NCBI GenBank assembly: GCA_030167865.1 | Contig: JALAGF010002141.1 | Coordinates: 62,001-124,773, forward strand | DNA length: 62,773 nt | DNA from: Craspedostauros australis | Lineage: Eukaryota | Direction of reading: 5' to 3' | Shown here: one piece after another, positions 58,920 to 62,773 of the stretch | Layout of the letters: each line of letters starts with the position of its first letter | How positions within the stretch are numbered: the first letter of the stretch is position 1 | Translations under genes and position numbers: made by a program | The notes under the pieces: model-generated | What the model saw: the letters and a program-made list of their open reading frames with translations, nothing else | Told to the model about the DNA's origin: nothing | Databases searched by the model: none

Positions 58920-60724
58920 ATGAAGTTCTCTCTCGTCGCCCTGTCCGGTGTGAGCACCGCCGCTGCCTTCAGCGCTTCCTCCTTCACCGGATCCAACAGC
59001 CTCAACGTGCCGAAGTCCACCTCCAGCCTCGACATGCGCTACAAGGTCGCCGTCGTCGGAGGAGGACCAGCCGGAGCCTGCGCCGCCGAGATCTTCGCCC
59101 AGGAGAAGGGTATCGACACCTTCCTCTTCGAGCGCAAGCTCGACAACGCCAAGCCATGCGGTGGAGCCATCCCGCTCTGCATGGTCGGTGAATTCGATAT
59201 CCCAGAGTCTGTCGTCGATAGAAAGGTAAGCAGCAGATGAGATGAATGCCAATCTGTGAATTCGTCCGTCGCGGATCCAACTTGGGTGGATCTGCCGACA
59301 ACCAAGGCTTGGCCTTGTGATGTGGCTCCACACGGGATGGATTGAATACACCCATCGCAATGGCACCAACCATGCAGCTTGCGAAGTATCGAGCATGCCT
59401 ACCCCATCAACCGGTCATCCAGTTCATCATCTGTTTCCAAACGGCGACGCCGGCTCAGGATGAAGATGAGAAGCGCACAGCCACTCAAAATGAGAAAATT
59501 GAATGCGGCAACAAACAACTCACACGTCTCATGCATCTCCCATCCCATCAAACCCCACAACGCACACTCCAAACTCCACCAAACATGAATAACCATGATC
59601 ACCCTCACCAAACTCACCAACCAACCAATTAACAGGTCCGCAGAATGAATCTCGTCTCCCCAACCGGCGTCGAGGTCGACATCGGTGAGACCCTCAAGGC
59701 CGACGAGTACATCGGCATGACCAGACGTGAGATCCTCGACTCCTACCTCCGTGACCGCGCCTTCGAGTACGGAGCCGAGTGCGTCAACGGACTCGTCACC
59801 TCCATCGACATCCCAGCCGACCACAAGGTCTCCGAGAGCAAGTACACCATCAACTACCAGAAGTACGAGGCCGGTGCCAACGTCGGAACTCCATCCACCA
59901 TGGAGGTCGACATGATCATCGGTGCCGACGGTGCCAACTCCCGTGTCGCCAAGGCCATGGACGCCGGTGAGTACAACTTCGCCATCGCCTTCCAGGAGCG
60001 CATCAAGATCCCAGACGAGAAGATGACCTTCTACGAGGAGATGGCTGAGATGTACGTCGGTGACGATGTCTCCCCAGACTTCTACGGATGGGTCTTCCCC
60101 AAGTACGACCACGTCGGTGTTGGAACCGGAACCGTCGTCAACCGCCCAGCCATCAAGCAGTACCAGAAGGCCATCCGCGACCGCGCCGGTGACAAGATCG
60201 CTGGAGGAAAGATCATCAAGGTCGAGGCCCACCCAATCCCAGAGCACTACCGCCCACGTCGTGTCCAGGGCCGCATCGCGCTCGTCGGTGATGCCGCCGG
60301 ATACGTCACCAAGTGCTCCGGAGAGGGTATCTACTTCGCCGCCAAGTCCGGACGCATGGCCGCCGAGGAGATCGTCGCCATCATGGACCACGGCAAGAAG
60401 CTCCCCACCCAGACCGACATCGAGGAGACCTACCTCAAGAAGTACGACAAGGCGTACGGCCCAACATACGCCGTCCTCGACATCCTCCAGAAGGTCTTCT
60501 ACAGAAACAACGGTGCCCGCGAGGCATTCGTCGAGCTCTGCGCATCCAAGTACGTGCAGCAGGTCACCTTCGACTCCTACCTTTACAAGCGCGTCCAGGG
60601 TAACAACCCACTCGATGACCTCAAGCTCCTCGGAGAGACCATCGGATGCCTCATCAAGGGATACGCCAAGGCCAAGCCAGACCAGGAGTTCTCCAACCCA
60701 GTTGAGAGCCAGAAGCGCATCTAA
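58920..60724 (+). CDS. chlP: Plastid geranylgeranyl diphosphate reductase, 2 exons, about 464 aa
   Basis: Exons 58920-59225 and 59636-60724 are in frame (VVDRK|VRRMNL). Signal peptide with ASAFAP-like AAA-FSA. Motifs [37 protein letters not shown] and [20 protein letters not shown]. Strong high-expression codon bias. Confidence 0.97.
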
Positions 60725-61370
60725 GTTCGCATACATGCATCCATCCATCTAGCGATGTCGAACTACACACCATGCGGGTGAGGGTTTCATTCATCCGCAA
60801 AGACGCGCAACGATGATGACATTTGCTGTCGTCACATCCGTTGCCTGTCACAACAACCATCCACCATGCACACAGAGATCGATGCTTCCTTTTTGATGAA
60901 TTATGAGGCGCGCGGCCGACTTGAACATGGCACGAGCACAGTGTATAGGAGAAGGAGATGCCTGCAAGTTGATTGATTTTCCTCGGAACGAGGGGTCTGG
61001 TGGTTGGATCGATCTACTTTGTCCCTTTTTGGCACTGTAAAATACACTTCTCTAATAGAAAATTCAAGCTGATCGAACCAAAGAAGACTAATAGGAGTAC
61101 GAGTACACATGCGTCGTCACTGCTTATCAGAGACAGGATCGTCACAAACCAAAGGTTTCCATCGAATGCGTCCTATTGATGACAAAGCGAAGACAGTAGT
61201 TGACAAAATTACCACGCACATGCGATGGCGCAAAACCAACATCATCTCAGCTGCAACCAAAGCCATTGCCATTGCGACTCTCGTTGAGGCCAACATATTA
61301 CTCGTGAACAGAACTATCATCAGTATCATTGTAGGTAATGGAAGTGATTCTACTCGTACTCGAACTCTAC

Positions 61371-62771
61371 TCACAACATCCTCAGTTCATGACCGACGAT
61401 CACGTTCAGCTTCTCCAAAATGTGCCAATCTCCAAACACGTGGATCCCTCGGCTGCTTGCGATCGTGTCCACGTTGCTGTGCAGCAGCGACAAGGCTTCG
61501 TCCAGCTCGTCACGGTTCACGGACCGCGCCACGAACAGTGGCAGCATGGTGCCTTTGTCCACCATGATGCCGGAGCGCGACGAGTTGTGGATGATGCGAT
61601 GCCGCAGCGGAACCGACAGGTACTTGCTGACGAGGAGGATGGCGTGACATGTGAAACCAAGGGCAGCGGATGCCTCCTCATCCGAGATCGGTGTACTGGC
61701 AGCAGCTGTGCTTGCGGTAGATGTTGCTGTTGACTTGGTGCCTGTTTTTGTTGTGATTGCTGCTTTCTTTGTTGCTGCAGCTGCAGCTGCTGCTGCTGCT
61801 GATGATGATGGTGGAGGTGGCATTTGGCCCAACGTTTGGGCATTGTCCATGACCCCCGTCGAATGCGAATACGCGGCCCGGCCAGAGTTGGCGACGGCGG
61901 CATGATTGGATCTCGGTGGCGTTCTCAGTCCGCGAATGGTTGGGATGATGTATGCTCCACTCTCATTGGTACTCGTATGGATATGAACATGATCATTGTA
62001 GTGATGGTGATGGCTTGCAAGCTGCCCATCTCGGGCATGCGCCTCATGATTCACGGTCTTCCCAATACTTGCGTTTGCACTTGTGTCATTGCCGCCATCG
62101 ATGAAATCATTGTGAAGGTTCCTTTTCGTGGACATGGAGGTAGATGCTCCAGATCGCGACGCTGCTACCGGGCTGACTGGCATCCTTTCACTTCCACTCT
62201 GAGTCATGGAGGCATCTGAGACTGTGTTTGCTGCCTTTGGAACCGAGGTGTACGCAGCACCCGCACTTGCATTCCCATCTGTATTCATGCTCGTGTTCAT
62301 GTTCATGTTCATGCGATGCACATCTACCGATTCTGCGTTTGCAGCCGAACTGGTGTGTTGATGACCATCAACATCAACGCCAACATTAACGGCAACATCA
62401 CCACTGGCTGACCTGCTCCTGCTTGCATGATTCGGTCCGCCTGGTATCAATGTGCCCGACTCCGTTCCGACTGCATCAGCCTGCCTTTGCTTTGCGTTCA
62501 TACTCAACTGACTGCACACACCCACCGCACATCGAATGGGATAGATGGACTGCAGATCCGATAGAAGCTTCATCCGCAGACTCCTGCACCTCACTCGATC
62601 CCTGCCCAACATCCTTGCGTGCTGTTCCGCCTCTCTCTTCACCACTGTCGATTCCTTGCCTGTTCGACTGATGTTGGCCACCAGAGTCTGCACCGACTGC
62701 TTCTTGCTTTGGATGCTGATGAGGTGCTTGGCAATGGCTGCTTCCTCCTCGGCGATGGCAGCCATGAGAGC
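61371..62771 (-). CDS. UVRAG/Vps38 (ATG14-family) PI3K complex subunit, C-terminal part; 5' end lies beyond the window
   Basis: Coiled coil ending LLSDLQSIYPI, then TIRGL, then DEEASAALGFTCHAILLVSKYLSVPLRHRIIHNSSRSGI...LPLF...LDEALSLLHSNVDTIASSRGI. The frame is open to the window edge. Confidence 0.82.
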   Translation of the reverse strand, partial: ALMAAIAEEEAAIAKHLISIQSKKQSVQTLVANISRTGKESTVVKREAEQHARMLGRDRVRCRSLRMKLLSDLQSIYPIRCAVGVCSQLSMNAKQRQADAVGTESGTLIPGGPNHASRSRSASGDVAVNVGVDVDGHQHTSSAANAESVDVHRMNMNMNTSMNTDGNASAGAAYTSVPKAANTVSDASMTQSGSERMPVSPVAASRSGASTSMSTKRNLHNDFIDGGNDTSANASIGKTVNHEAHARDGQLASHHHHYNDHVHIHTSTNESGAYIIPTIRGLRTPPRSNHAAVANSGRAAYSHSTGVMDNAQTLGQMPPPPSSSAAAAAAAAATKKAAITTKTGTKSTATSTASTAAASTPISDEEASAALGFTCHAILLVSKYLSVPLRHRIIHNSSRSGIMVDKGTMLPLFVARSVNRDELDEALSLLHSNVDTIASSRGIHVFGDWHILEKLNVIVGHELRML

Positions 62772-62773
62772 GG

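Noticed and set aside
3771-62771. Apparent membrane-trafficking cluster (SNARE, Rab1, GRIP golgin, UVRAG)
   Set aside because: The genes are about 9-21 kb apart and interleaved with unrelated housekeeping genes; the category is large enough for chance co-occurrence.
1-62773. tRNA, rRNA, TPP riboswitch or LTR retrotransposon
   Set aside because: By eye I found no cloverleaf with a T-loop outside coding sequence, no rRNA signature, no riboswitch core and no RT, integrase or LTR pair. A tRNAscan/Infernal run would be needed to exclude small RNAs fully.

Overview
Eukaryotic nuclear DNA, most likely from a diatom. Evidence: GT-AG introns of about 130-480 nt, bipartite ASAFAP-type plastid presequences, and diatom-typical LRR-TM, HA-domain and STAND-TPR families. 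I can support 19 protein-coding genes, 10 of them spliced, and I checked their exon junctions for reading frame by hand. In order: a 5'-truncated PARP-macrodomain fusion, a small TM protein, a Qc-SNARE, an LRR-TM protein, a STAND ATPase-TPR protein, a sulfotransferase-like protein, an HA-domain protein, Rab1, HIS7 (hisHF), NF-YB, a plastid-targeted SLC25 carrier, a plastid-targeted MgtE, BDP1, a giant PP2C, a GRIP golgin, a mitochondrial RRM-like protein, a cyclophilin-like TM protein, chlP and a 5'-truncated UVRAG/Vps38. I found no tRNA, rRNA, CRISPR array or intact mobile element. The most unusual item is the PARP: a PARP1-type catalytic domain followed by a degenerate macrodomain that is itself split by a nested uncharacterised domain. 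The second is a head-to-head pair of an LRR surface protein and an effector-less STAND ATPase. Two gene-free tracts (17.4-21.8 kb and 23.1-25.6 kb) remain unexplained. All family assignments come from motif recognition; no database searches were run.
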